DNA of 58,324 nucleotides from Paraglomus brasilianum (Eukaryota): NCBI GenBank assembly GCA_910592345.1, contig CAJVPI010000003.1, positions 62,001 to 120,324 of the forward strand, read 5' to 3'. Shown piece by piece: positions 12,873 to 24,054 of this stretch (position 1 is its first letter; each line of letters starts with the position of its first letter). The notes under the pieces were generated by a model. It saw only the letters and a program-made list of their open reading frames with translations, ran no database searches and was not told where the DNA came from. The position numbers and the translations under genes were made by a program.

Positions 12873-13003
12873 GGGCATCCAACGCATAATATAGTGGGAC
12901 CTAAAAGTCCAGACTATAAAATACTTCCCACTTCGGGCAACAACGTGAGTTGCCTTGTGCAACTAATCGCTCAGAACGTGACTGCAGGGCTTGGAACGTG
13001 CCC
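12873..13003 (-). ncRNA. Putative structured intronic RNA element, copy A
   Basis: Outer stem gggca..tccaagc/gcgttggatgccc; hairpins gcga-ttag-ttgc and ggcaac-tcacgtt-gttgcc; long hairpin tatagt..ggac/gtcc..actata. Paralogous to copy B. Confidence 0.6.
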
Positions 13004-13720
13004 ATAATAATAAAAAGACTGACCTCCAAGGCCTTTTTCAAGGTGACCGCTTTAGTATAACGACGACTTCTTTTCGGCAGTTTGTTAAGGAGGATACCAA
13101 GTTCAACACCAAGGTTTCGGTGTGCTTCTTCTTTAGTGCATCCAGGATTTTCATTGACATAATGAATGTCCCAATCGCTTACAGTGGTTTGCGAGTCCAA
13201 TATTCTAGAAAGAGAAAGGTGAAATTATCGATGATTACTCTTGTGATTATAAAAAGTTTGAACAGGGGCTCACCAGAATTTCGAAGATTCAGCTTTCTAA
13301 TTTCTTCAGCAATATCGAAGCTTTTGTAGTTGACATATCGGACCAATAAAAAAAAATTTTTTTTAAGACGCGCGTAATTCTAGTTTTTGTCACATGATAT
13401 AATCATTAATCATTCAAATATGTTTAAAGAAATGGAATAATGTAAGTTGTGCTTCAAGGATGTATGGCGTAAAAAATCTGGTTTATGCACTGCACTTATG
13501 AAGTGAGATAATGTTGGGAAGAAATAAAATTTTTTCGCAAGTGAATCAGTGATTATTTATAGTATATTGATTATGCAGGTTTTAAAGTTGGCAGACATAC
13601 ATGTAAGTAGCGTGGATTTCAGTTAGATAGAGTGTCAGTCAATAAGTGCGTGTTTAGAATGTTCTAATTACTCTCGATTCCTTTATTGTAAATAAATGAG
13701 TAGTTCTTTATACTCTGAAA

Positions 13721-14114
13721 TACATTATTAATGATTCATTTCCTGGTAACTTATCAGTATAGCTGAAAAACCGCTAATCCCTATATCGATGAAGAATAGT
13801 CGCCTCTTGTCCCGCGATTATTCGAGTGGCAAATTACGATAATTAATTTTTATGTAGATGCGCGTTATTATAATTAAAATACTATTGTACCCAACGGTAG
13901 ACTAAGAATTAATCCCATCTTAGGAGCCGACAGAGTTACTCGAGTCAATTAATATATCCAGGATTAGCGTCACTCTACGACGGGAAGGTTTTCGTAAGTG
14001 CAAAAGCCTTTCACTAACTGTAACCCTAGAGAAGGAGACACCACGCTCTGCCGAAACTAGCTAAATTCCTAGTGTTCGATTATTACCTGCTCTCCCGTGA
14101 TAGTCGGCACGACA
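13721..14114 (+). repeat. Dispersed ~390-bp repeat, copy 1
   Basis: Aligns by eye with the reverse complement of 57878-58249. Shared blocks include gaagaatagtcgcctcttgtcccgcgattattcgagtggca, tcactaactgta and tagtcggcacgaca. Confidence 0.85.
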
Positions 14115-14523
14115 GTCTCTTCATCGTGCTGATTTCTCTATGGTGAGTCTGATATGACTTTAAAGTTAGTGGAATGAAACATTTTTTAATAAGAATATCT
14201 ACAATAAATATTAACTAACAGTTTGCAATCTTAAATGTATGGGTATTATAACGTTTATTATCTCCATCGACAATTGATCGATAAAATCTACATACTTACA
14301 GCCTTGTAATTTTGCGTACTAATAGCTGTGATTCCGAGGTTTCTGAAGAACTATATATGTTGGGGGTGTTTACTTGACAATAAAACATCGCCCGCTGAAT
14401 AGATTGTATGTCTACGGATTACCAACAATGAACACAAACCAAGCAATTCCAAAACCACACGGGTCTAATATTTATAGACTGCTCGAGCGAGCAGAGAAAC
14501 AAGTAAATTTATTGTGGACGCAT

Positions 14524-16155
14524 TTATGTAATGCTTTCGTCATTGACTTCGACATGAACTCTGCTATCAACGCTAGATACCTGCTCTCTCAAAATTTCAG
14601 CTTCCTTGTATTTATCATCTTTAACTTCGATTACTACACGCTCTTTGTCTCCCACCACTCCAATGTCATGCGATTGCTCGCCGGAAGATGCACCAATTTT
14701 GCAATTATCAGAATCCTTCGCATTGATATCCTCTTGAACGTCGAGAACGACCACTTCTTCCGTGTTACGACGGCTTATCTTTTTGATAATACGGCCGGAT
14801 ACCACTGCCCCAATTATAGTACAGAGTACGATAGCCCAACAAGTCACAGCCAACGCATCTAAACCAAGCATGCCTTTATCAAAAGCTTGTTTTACTAGCA
14901 CTAAGCCCACTTCTCCTCTGGCTACCATTGCAAATCCAATCGCTAGTTTACCATCCATCATCGGAACCAAGCAAGCAACAAACTTGGAAAAAATAGAGAC
15001 GACGGAATAAGCCAAGCCGTAACCAACAATTTTTGCTTCAAACAAGCTTTTGATTGGAATAATAAATCCGATCGAAGCGAAAAACATAGCCATTAGCCAT
15101 CTCTGAATTGCTCCAACTTTTTTCTCCCATAGCTCACAAGCTTCGGGAATACCAGCGAGAGATACTCCAGCTAAAAGCACGCCCAACAAACGAGAACTTC
15201 CAACAAGTTCAGAAAGAAAACTGAATGTCGCTCCGTAGAGAAACATAAAACTAAGAAACACCTCTCTCCAAACTTTTTCTGACCTCATTGCAATTAACGG
15301 CCTAGTTATATGATACACTTTTGGCATAACAAAAGCCATGCCTAGTCCGACAAGTATGGTACAAATGCTGGAAACAATGGGACGTGCTATTTGCCAACCT
15401 TCAATGGTACGGGCAAAGACCTGCGTGATGATGGCCAACATAACGAGACAGATGACGTCGTCAAACATGGCAATAGTGGTAACTAGTGATCCGATGGGTG
15501 ACATGAGCAGACGATGCTGCCTCATGACAGCCAGTGTTATTGCGACCGATGTTGACGCGAGAGATGCAGCAGAAGATATAGCCTCTGAATCAGTAAATTT
15601 GAATGCGTATTTCATCGTAGTAAAGCCTAGCCCAAGAGGAACAATAACACCAACGCACGCAGTAAGAAACGCAAGCGGCGCAGTTTTTTTAACCGCAGGA
15701 ATGTCAAGAGAGTGACCACCTTATTATTTTAAAAAAGAAAAGAAAAGAGCAGTTTAGCGTCAGAAATGAGGCTCTTTTTTTTTTATTTTATTTTTTTATT
15801 TTTTAAAAATTATTCAACCGTAAGCGAAAGAAATTAATTCATTATGAAGGATGTCGATTTGCATGATATAATAATAATTGTTTGTAAATATAGTAAAATT
15901 GAACAAAGTTTAAAACAAAACGTGAAACCCGCCTTCAAAAATGCACATGAGGATGCCGAAACTTCCGAGTATTTCCATGATTGCAATTTCGCCTAGCAGA
16001 GTGTTACCAGGCAATGATACGAAGAGCACGCCAACAAAAATATGTCCTATCAGTGGAGCCGTTTGCAAAAGTTTTCCAAAAATAAGATCACCAAGCACGT
16101 AAAGTGCTATAAAGAATAGAACGTGAAAGTACAGTTGATACAGAATTTCATTCAT
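14524..16155 (-). CDS. Cation/H+ antiporter, CPA2 (KefB/NapA-like) family; 2 exons (16155-15933, 15719-14524)
   Basis: Many hydrophobic helices with motifs ASTSVAI, IAMFDDV, FFASIG and AMVARGEVGL. Joining the exons in frame requires a GC-AG intron at 15720-15932. Confidence 0.88.
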
Positions 16156-18666
16156 TGCCTTATTACAAAACAAAAAGGTTAAATTCCTCTTTTTTTCTTT
16201 TTCTTTTCTTTTTTTTGTACGTTTATTATTAAATAATATTTCGCATGTTACACCAATAATTCCGATATCTTCCGCAAGGATAAAGTATTGTTTAGGATTT
16301 TGCTCAAAGAAAAACAAACATTTGCTAGCTTTCCGTGAATAAATCGGTGAAAAACGACATTAAGTTACTGAAATCGGAGCCGCAGAAGAACACAATCGGA
16401 TAAAGTTTAATCGAAAAATGCAAAAAGTAAGCCATGGTTGTACAATTGACCATTATCTTTGGTGGGAGGAATTTTAAACGAAATAAAAACGACATGCATT
16501 TTCTTGTCCAGTTATTTTTTGCGGCGCTTATCTGCGTCACCATAATAACTAGCACCAATTAGGAAGTACATAAAACAACAATGATGTCAACTTTATATTC
16601 ACACGAGCTCCTGATAATCTTTATTCATTCGTACTACAATACATTCTCCACCCCACCAGTGATCAATAGAAAATTCTTTTATTCTATCGTTGGGAACTTT
16701 AATTAATTAACAGGTTTATTACTCGCTCGAGTCATTGAGATGTGATTAATCAATAGATTTCTTGTTTACCATAGAGCTTTTTATCCAATAGAATGTTAAC
16801 CAGAACATAATAACCAAAACAAATTGTTGCAAAATTGTTAAATGTTTATTTTCAACAACACCTTGCACAAAGAAAAGTTTGTTGGGTTGACTATAAAATG
16901 CACGATGTGTTGCACATTCGCCGCTAAATGACACATGAGTACTATTTATCGCTAATGGCGTAATGACTTACAAGTAAGTGATAACCTAACTAACACATGT
17001 AGTTGTTGGGGCTGAATTTTCTTTGAGCATTTCGGCGACCCAGAACGTCAATGACGTAATCCGCAGATTGTCTCTATTTGAACAATCTTATTCGCTACAT
17101 CAATGAGTGATGCGAACAACATCTTCAATGATTATACGCAGTTGCAGGCTTAACCCCACTTTAATTAAAGATGTCTGCTTCACGGTTTAATTTGGGATCC
17201 AAATTTACGAGTTTGCTTTATTAAAGTTGAATTTATAGGTGTCCCTTTGTTTGTGCTGTTGTATGTATTCCTCTCATTTATTGAGAACATAAGGTTCTGA
17301 GTATGGATACAAGTTTTATTGGCGTGCCAATTTTTTCTAGATTAAGTGAGAACCAAAATTCGCTCTGATTATTATATTTAATTGCAAGCCGAGACAATAC
17401 TCGTTATGTCAACTAACATATTATGATACACGAACGTTACATATTTATACGTGTACCAGATATTTTCAAAATATAATAAAATCAAACCATATCCATCTTT
17501 TTTAATTCTGTAGACTTCCTCATAACTAAGTTTTTTACAACTCGTAATGTAACGAGAAAGATCAAAGGGACCCTTTGGGAATCCTTCAATTTAACTTTCC
17601 TTGAAGTATTCTCTATTGCAAGACGCATTAGTTACACAGCATAGCTTTCACGACGACTTTTGTCATAAAACTCTAACAAGTAAAAGTGTTATCTAACAAG
17701 GTGCGTTTGTCGAAGGTTAAAGACTTTGTGTAATTGTCGTTGGTATAACGTTAAACGGAAGTGTACCTCGTTTCACTTGATCTCGTCATATCAATATATG
17801 CATTATATCACATGCGGACCACGGTTACAAACTGCAGACAATGATATCATTTTTTTATTCTAGAATGTCGGAACAGCCGATGCAATTTTCATTTCATTCG
17901 TTCAGAACAATAGACATCCTTGTGTTGTAACTGAACCCAAATACGGGGCTGATTTTGTGTATCTGGTGGGGCTTTTTGAACCGAGTACGGTACATACCCG
18001 ATCCACCAGGCGTGCCGATGCTGCGCACGCGGCCTCACCCGATTTGTAATATCAGTAACGTGCGGATGGAATATTAACTAATATGGCCGATAAAAGCCAG
18101 ACGTTTGCCTATACATAATATAATATATACGATTAATTGACCTAAAAATACGAACAATCAAATTATTTATTATTATGAAGTTGTTACAGTATTTTGGCGA
18201 ACGAGAATACTAGTCAAGAAATCGTGAAAAATAATCATCAGCAATTTGTTACAAATAAAAATGCGACTACCAGTTTTGGAGGAAACGCAAAGGAATAATA
18301 TTATTGTTCCAACCAATGATACCATTCCGTTAAAATACACGTAATTCTCATGTTTCTCGAGATAAGTTGGTCGTTCCATGACATATCTTGTGCTAGTTCA
18401 TGGGTCTTCTGCAATTTATCTTTAGTGTAGTTTATTATTATAGGCATTTTTAATTATGAATCAACAACTATTGTAAAACCAAGCAATCCTTTCTTCAAAT
18501 TCTAGCTTGAAACTCCATTAACTAAAAATCTCGAGTTTAATATGTGATTCAGCAGATTAAGTTTATTATTACTATTACTTGAAATTAAGCGGGTAATTTT
18601 TCTCATTATCTTGAAAATTAATTATAATTAAAAAATCATGGTGCCGTTTTTGTGATATTACGTACG

Positions 18667-21600
18667 CTACACCTTTTCTGTTGGAGCTCGATTTGACCTG
18701 TCTCTGACGCGTCTAGCAATTACTTTGAGTGTTTCGCTTAATAATAATAGTATTACAGAACATATTACTATTTTACCCCATCCTAATATGGGTACTGGGG
18801 TAAGCGAAAGCCATTGTCTTAATCCTACAACATAAAAGAAGAAGAATAATAATAAGTATTTATCAATGGAGAAAGAGCAGTAGACGTTGGTTACAATGAT
18901 TACCTGGAGTGTATATTCCAAGAACTAATAAGCCCCAAGATCCTATCACACTTGCAATCATCCACTTATTTCCCAAGACACCAGTTTTGAATACACTTTC
19001 ATTGATCGTTCTGGACAAAAAGCCTTGGAATAGTTGCAGTGTTGTCAGAGTAGCAAATGCCAATGATCTGGCATCCGACAAAGGCATGTGTTCGAAAACC
19101 AGTGCGATTTTATATATGCCAAATGTTAACAGAGCCAACGCAAACGCCTGGGCTATGATCATCAATGTTACTATCTTGCTGACCACAGGAGATTTAGGCT
19201 TACGAGGGCGTCTTTTCATTATATCGTTTTCCGCTGGTTCGACACCAAGCGACATCGCGGGTGGGATATCAGCTATCAACGTAAAAACACTATCGCGTTA
19301 TAATCACATCATAATCATATGTATGGTAAAACAACCTCGTAACTTACCAATTATATTGGCCCAGAGAATCATAATAGTCGTAAATGGCAAATCAATATTA
19401 ATAATGGCACACAGAATCATTAAAACTATTTCAGCTCCATTACAACTCAATAAATAGACTATAAATTTTAGAATATTATCGAAAACTTGTCTTCCTTCTT
19501 CAACGGCTGCTACTATTGTCGAAAAGTCATCGTTGGATAGAACAATATCTGCAGCCTGTTTGGTAATCTCTGTTCCTCCTATGCCCATAGCTACACCGAC
19601 ATCAGCAGCCTTGATAGCAGGTGCATCTGCAAGAGTAAAAAGAAATTACGCGTGAATAACAACCATCAATAAAAGAAAAAATTATCATAGAAACTTGAAA
19701 ATTAACGCACCGTTGACGCCGTCTCCCGTCATCGCAACCGAGTTTCCAAGTGCTTGCAATGCTTTAACAATTTTCAACTTGTTATCAGGACTAAATAAAA
19801 ACCGTAATTGTTAATTACGTGATTGACGACACAACAACATACAGGCATATAATATTACCTGACACGTGCAAATACGTTAGGGAAAGGCTTTAATTCAGCT
19901 ATAGCTTCATCAGACAATAGATCTAATTCAGCCCCTCGTATTGTGCGATTCTGCAATGCCATTATGACAATGAGCATAAGAGTATTTACCATTTAATAAC
20001 TGCACTCATTCATAACATTGAACCTGCACTTACCATGTTGAGCACACCAGATTCACAAATACCAATGTCAGTAGCTATAGCCGTAGCAGTAGCAGCGTGA
20101 TCTCCAGTGATCATAATAACCTTAATCCCAGCATTCTTACACTTGGCAATAGACTCGGCAACACCTTTCCTAGGCGGATCGATTAACCCAATCAATCCAA
20201 CGAACGTCAATCCACTTTCCGCGAATGCAGGATTAGCAACAGGCTCAACCATTTCGACATCAGTTACTGTAGTAATAGCATCTTTTTGTGGATCATCCTT
20301 CTGTGTATCACCTGATGACAAAGAATCCTCATCAAGTACGGTAACTCTCTTGTATGCCAATCCAAGAACGCGAAGACCTTTTGTAGCCATACGGGAGCTT
20401 TGGTCTGACACTAGATCACCGAAAGAATCATCTAACGGAATCGGTTGAATGCTAACAGCCGGCCCAGGTGAGGAAGTTGAGGCAGGTAAGCGGTCTGTAC
20501 ATTTTTGAAGCAGTTCCTCGGGTGCTCCTTTTGCCAACACTATGATTGGTTTATGGTTAGGAGCAATGTCAGCTTCGACATCTGTATAGATGGATTTCGG
20601 TACTTCATAGGCAACACTCATGAGTTTACGCTCGCTATCGAACGGTTTCTCATGAATCTTTTTGAATCCTTTCTGTTTCTCCCAATAGTCTTTTGGAAAG
20701 CCGCCTTTTTGTGCCGCAATTACAAGGGCTACCTCAGTTGGATCTCCAATCCCCTTATAGCCACTGCTTTTAGTGTCATCAGTAACGACAGATGCGTTGT
20801 TACATAATGTTGCAATCATCAAAGCGGTAACAGCCGATGCAGGTGCCTCCTTCATATCCCTGGATACTTCTTGGAGATTATCTTCTTCATAAGCTTCCTT
20901 CTTTACAGTTATACTTTCCGTTAGAGTAAGACTGGAGACACTTCTATTTAATTGCTGTTTGTATTCTCTCGAAGCGCGCAACATTCGGCCGTGGCTTGGA
21001 TCGAGCGAGGTCGGTTCGGTGAAACGGTAAAGTGAGCCATCAGCAGTCCATAATTCGGTAGGACCCATTTTGCCTTCGGTTAGGGTTCCAGTCTTATCTG
21101 AACAGATTACGGTGACACTACCTAGCGTTTCAACAGCAGGGAGAGTACGGACAATAGCGTTGCGAGCTGCCATGCGACGTACACCAATTGCCATTGTTAC
21201 CGTTGTTACTGCTACAAGACCTTCTGGAATTACGGATACTGCCAAACTAAAAGGAAATCGAGTCGATAAGTGACGTGGGATATTCAAAAAGCAACCATCA
21301 TATAAATAAACTTTAGTAATACCTAATGCCGATATTTATTGTATCCTTTTTATCTCGCTTATAAGCAAGTCCAATCAAGACCACAAGCGCACAGAGCAAT
21401 ATTGCTAATACAACAAGCCACTTTCCCAGGGTTGTAAGCTTCCGTTGAATTGGAGTTTGAACATTCGGTACTGAAGTTATTGCTGCACTGATTTTACCAA
21501 TCTATTTATAAAAAAACATATTATTAAACCACTTTTGCTGAAAGAATAATTATGTTATCAGAGTATATTTATGTGTTAGTGTAATACCTCTGTGTTATTT

Positions 21601-23332
21601 CCTGTTCTAACTACAAGGCCTTTGGCTCGCCCCTTAGCAACCATTGTAGACATGAATGCATTTCCTTTACAATCAGCCAATGGAAGGTGTCTTGTCTGGT
21701 TAAATGAAAAACGTCACTATTATAATTTTTTTTTTAAAAAAAAATTTTTAATCCTTGTAACCATTCTTACCTTGGTCCAAACCTTGTTAGTGTTCTTCAT
21801 CACAGGCACGCTCTCGCCGGTAAGAATTGATTCAACTACTTCAAAAGACGCTGCTTCAACAATGCGAACGTCGGCAGGTACAGCATCACCTTCTTCCAGT
21901 ATAACAATGTCTCCTGGTACCAATTCGGATGAGTTAACGACCTTTTTCTGACCATCTCTAATTACTTGAGCCTGCCGGATATGCGAAAATCAGGAGTTAG
22001 ATAGACGGATAAAATGTTTTAATCAAGGAAAAAATCATAACTTTTAATACGATCCTTACCTGAGACACATTCAATCTTTTTAACGCTTCCAATGCTTTAT
22101 TAGCTTTATACTCTTGTGTAAATCCAATTACTGTGTTCAACACAATTACCGTCAGCAACACTGCCATTGCTTTAAAGTCTTTCTCGGCAGCAGTGACAAT
22201 ACAAGCAGCCAATAGAATTAAAACCATAAAATCGGTCAATTGATGGAGTAGCATTTTTATGATAGACGGTTTGGGTGGTTCGGGAAGTTTGTTGGGACCA
22301 TAATGTTTATATCGTTCTTCTACGGAGGTGGTATCGAGGCCTTCAGTAAGTGATGTGCGGAACATTTTTAAAAGACGAGTCACGTTGCGGTCGAAATGTA
22401 GAGCTGGTTGAAAATTAAAAAATAAAAATAAAAAAATAGTACATTAGCAATTGATAACAATACTTCCAACTTCAAAATGAATCAGACGTAGCCTATGCGC
22501 CGTCTTGTTAAATACCCGAACATACTCACAAGGAGGAGGATATAGAGCTCCCTGAAAAACAGGCATTAATGGCTTTTTAATTGTACTTTTTGATCCTTTC
22601 ATCACTTTCTCTACATCGCTATGGTCGTCCTCTTTGACAAATTCGTGCCAGTCCGAAAATTGTGGAAACCACTCGGTTAACATGTGTATGATAGCTATAG
22701 CAGCTTGCTTTACTTCCGGCGGTGCGTCGTTACGGCATCGACGATGAAGTCTAAGAGCGTTGCAGAGATCAGATACATGCTCCTGAGCTACCGCTTGGCG
22801 AAATTCTTCAACTAAAGATGGAGGCGAGTTGAATGAGCAAAAAAGCGTGTAACATGTGGTGTACGTGTTATGGTTGCCATAATCCATGTATAAAACGTAA
22901 ACCCAATTGTAGTCAATGTTTTATCTTCTTACCTTCTTCGAGAAATTCTCCGAACAGAATAAACGCGTCTTGAGCCTCAGCAGTAAGTTTCCTCTTTAAT
23001 AAACCCCCTTCGGTATACCTCATATTGAAAAGTAAACCTTTACAGAGGCGTTTCATAAGATCGGCGTCAAGATTGGGAAGCCTGCCGCCCTTGAGACGGT
23101 AATCCATGACATAGTGAAGTCCGCACAAGACATCGTCAAGGGACAGTTGTGAATTGTTTTGGACGCCAAATAAATCGTTTACTGCACAGTTTCAGAATAT
23201 GAGCGAGCGATGCGGAATAATGGGAATCACTTGATAGCATAATAACTACTCACCGTGAATGTCTATTTGATGTTCAATTGATACTTTTCCATCACGTATG
23301 GATGCTAATTCGAGTGTCAAGTCCCTTGGCAT
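18667..23332 (-). CDS. P-type II cation-transporting ATPase (IIA/IID, Ca2+ or Na+/K+ ENA-like), multi-exon, with ~200-aa N-terminal extension
   Basis: Motifs [47 protein letters not shown] and [17 protein letters not shown]. Upstream exons (23332-23254, 23182-22933, 22812-22530) splice in frame. Confidence 0.92.
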
Positions 23333-23909
23333 TTGCCGATCAAACGATTAGATTATTATTATTAGTGCCAAAAGGCGTTTTCAAGCATGGATGTGGGGAC
23401 GCGGGATATTAAATACTATCACCAAAACAATCCAAATTAGTAAAAAGAATGGGGGACAAAGACCAATTATCCGAACATGACATCAACATCTGGAAATAAA
23501 CAAACGTTGGGCGTGTCGAACAAAAGATAGCAAACAATGTGAATGGCATGTGCGCTGCGTACAAACGAATTATGTTGGACGTTACACAGATTAAAAGGTG
23601 CAATTCACAAGATTTTCAACAAGTACACTCCTTATACTTACAGATAAAACGGTTTAGCTTTTCGAATGATGTTGATAGATCTTCCTAAACGAATTCACAG
23701 AGAACCAAATTTACATATGCTAGAGCACTGACAATTCAGACATAAGAGAAAGGTATCGAAATTGAAAGAGATAGGATTTCAAACTCAGCATTACATCCGT
23801 AGGGATCGACAACAATGACATTGCGGGTCATTGATTGAAATGTGGGGAGATACGATAAAGATGCCGAGCAAATGCCGAAGGTTGGTGCTCGGTCAACATA
23901 GCGGCAAAA

Positions 23910-24054
23910 CCATACCCAATGGCAATACCCAATACAATACCAAATGGCAATACCCAATGCAATACCCAATGGCAATACCCAATGCAATACCAAATGGCAA
24001 TACCCAATGCAATACCCAATGCAATACCTAATGCACCTAATGCAATACCCTATG
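23910..24054. repeat. Tandem minisatellite, 12-13-bp unit (g)caatacccaatg
   Basis: About 11 contiguous near-identical units without unique spacers. Confidence 0.92.

Larger units (their letters stand above)
10882..13336 (-). pseudogene. Multi-exon lineage-specific gene with a C-terminal PD-(D/E)xK (restriction-endonuclease-like) domain; disrupted
   Basis: Exons splice through GT-AG sites, e.g. intron 12675-13023. The C-terminal part reads RECADGVGYLNTADKF*LVYMEGSKPN, with an in-frame TAG at 11445-11447 between the D and ExxK motifs. Apparent frameshifts near the start (MSTTK/SFDIAEEIRKLNLRNSEYWTRKP/TVSDWDIHY). Confidence 0.7.

Noticed and set aside
12735..13003. Identifying the intronic RNA as a hammerhead, hairpin, HDV or VS ribozyme, TPP riboswitch or 5S rRNA
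   Set aside because: There is no CUGANGA/GAAA core. The AGUC/GGAA loop resembles hairpin loop A, but loop B is absent. There is no HDV nested pseudoknot and no TPP CUGAGA/P4-P5 consensus. Similarity to VS and 5S is topological only.
14374..21273. Plus-strand ORFs such as 14374-14862, 15338-15715, 18909-19457 and 20107-20448
   Set aside because: They are antisense shadows of the antiporter and ATPase coding exons.
23910..24054. CRISPR array, or the coding ORFs over this repeat
   Set aside because: Units are contiguous without unique spacers in a eukaryotic context, and the ORFs are by-products of the repeat.
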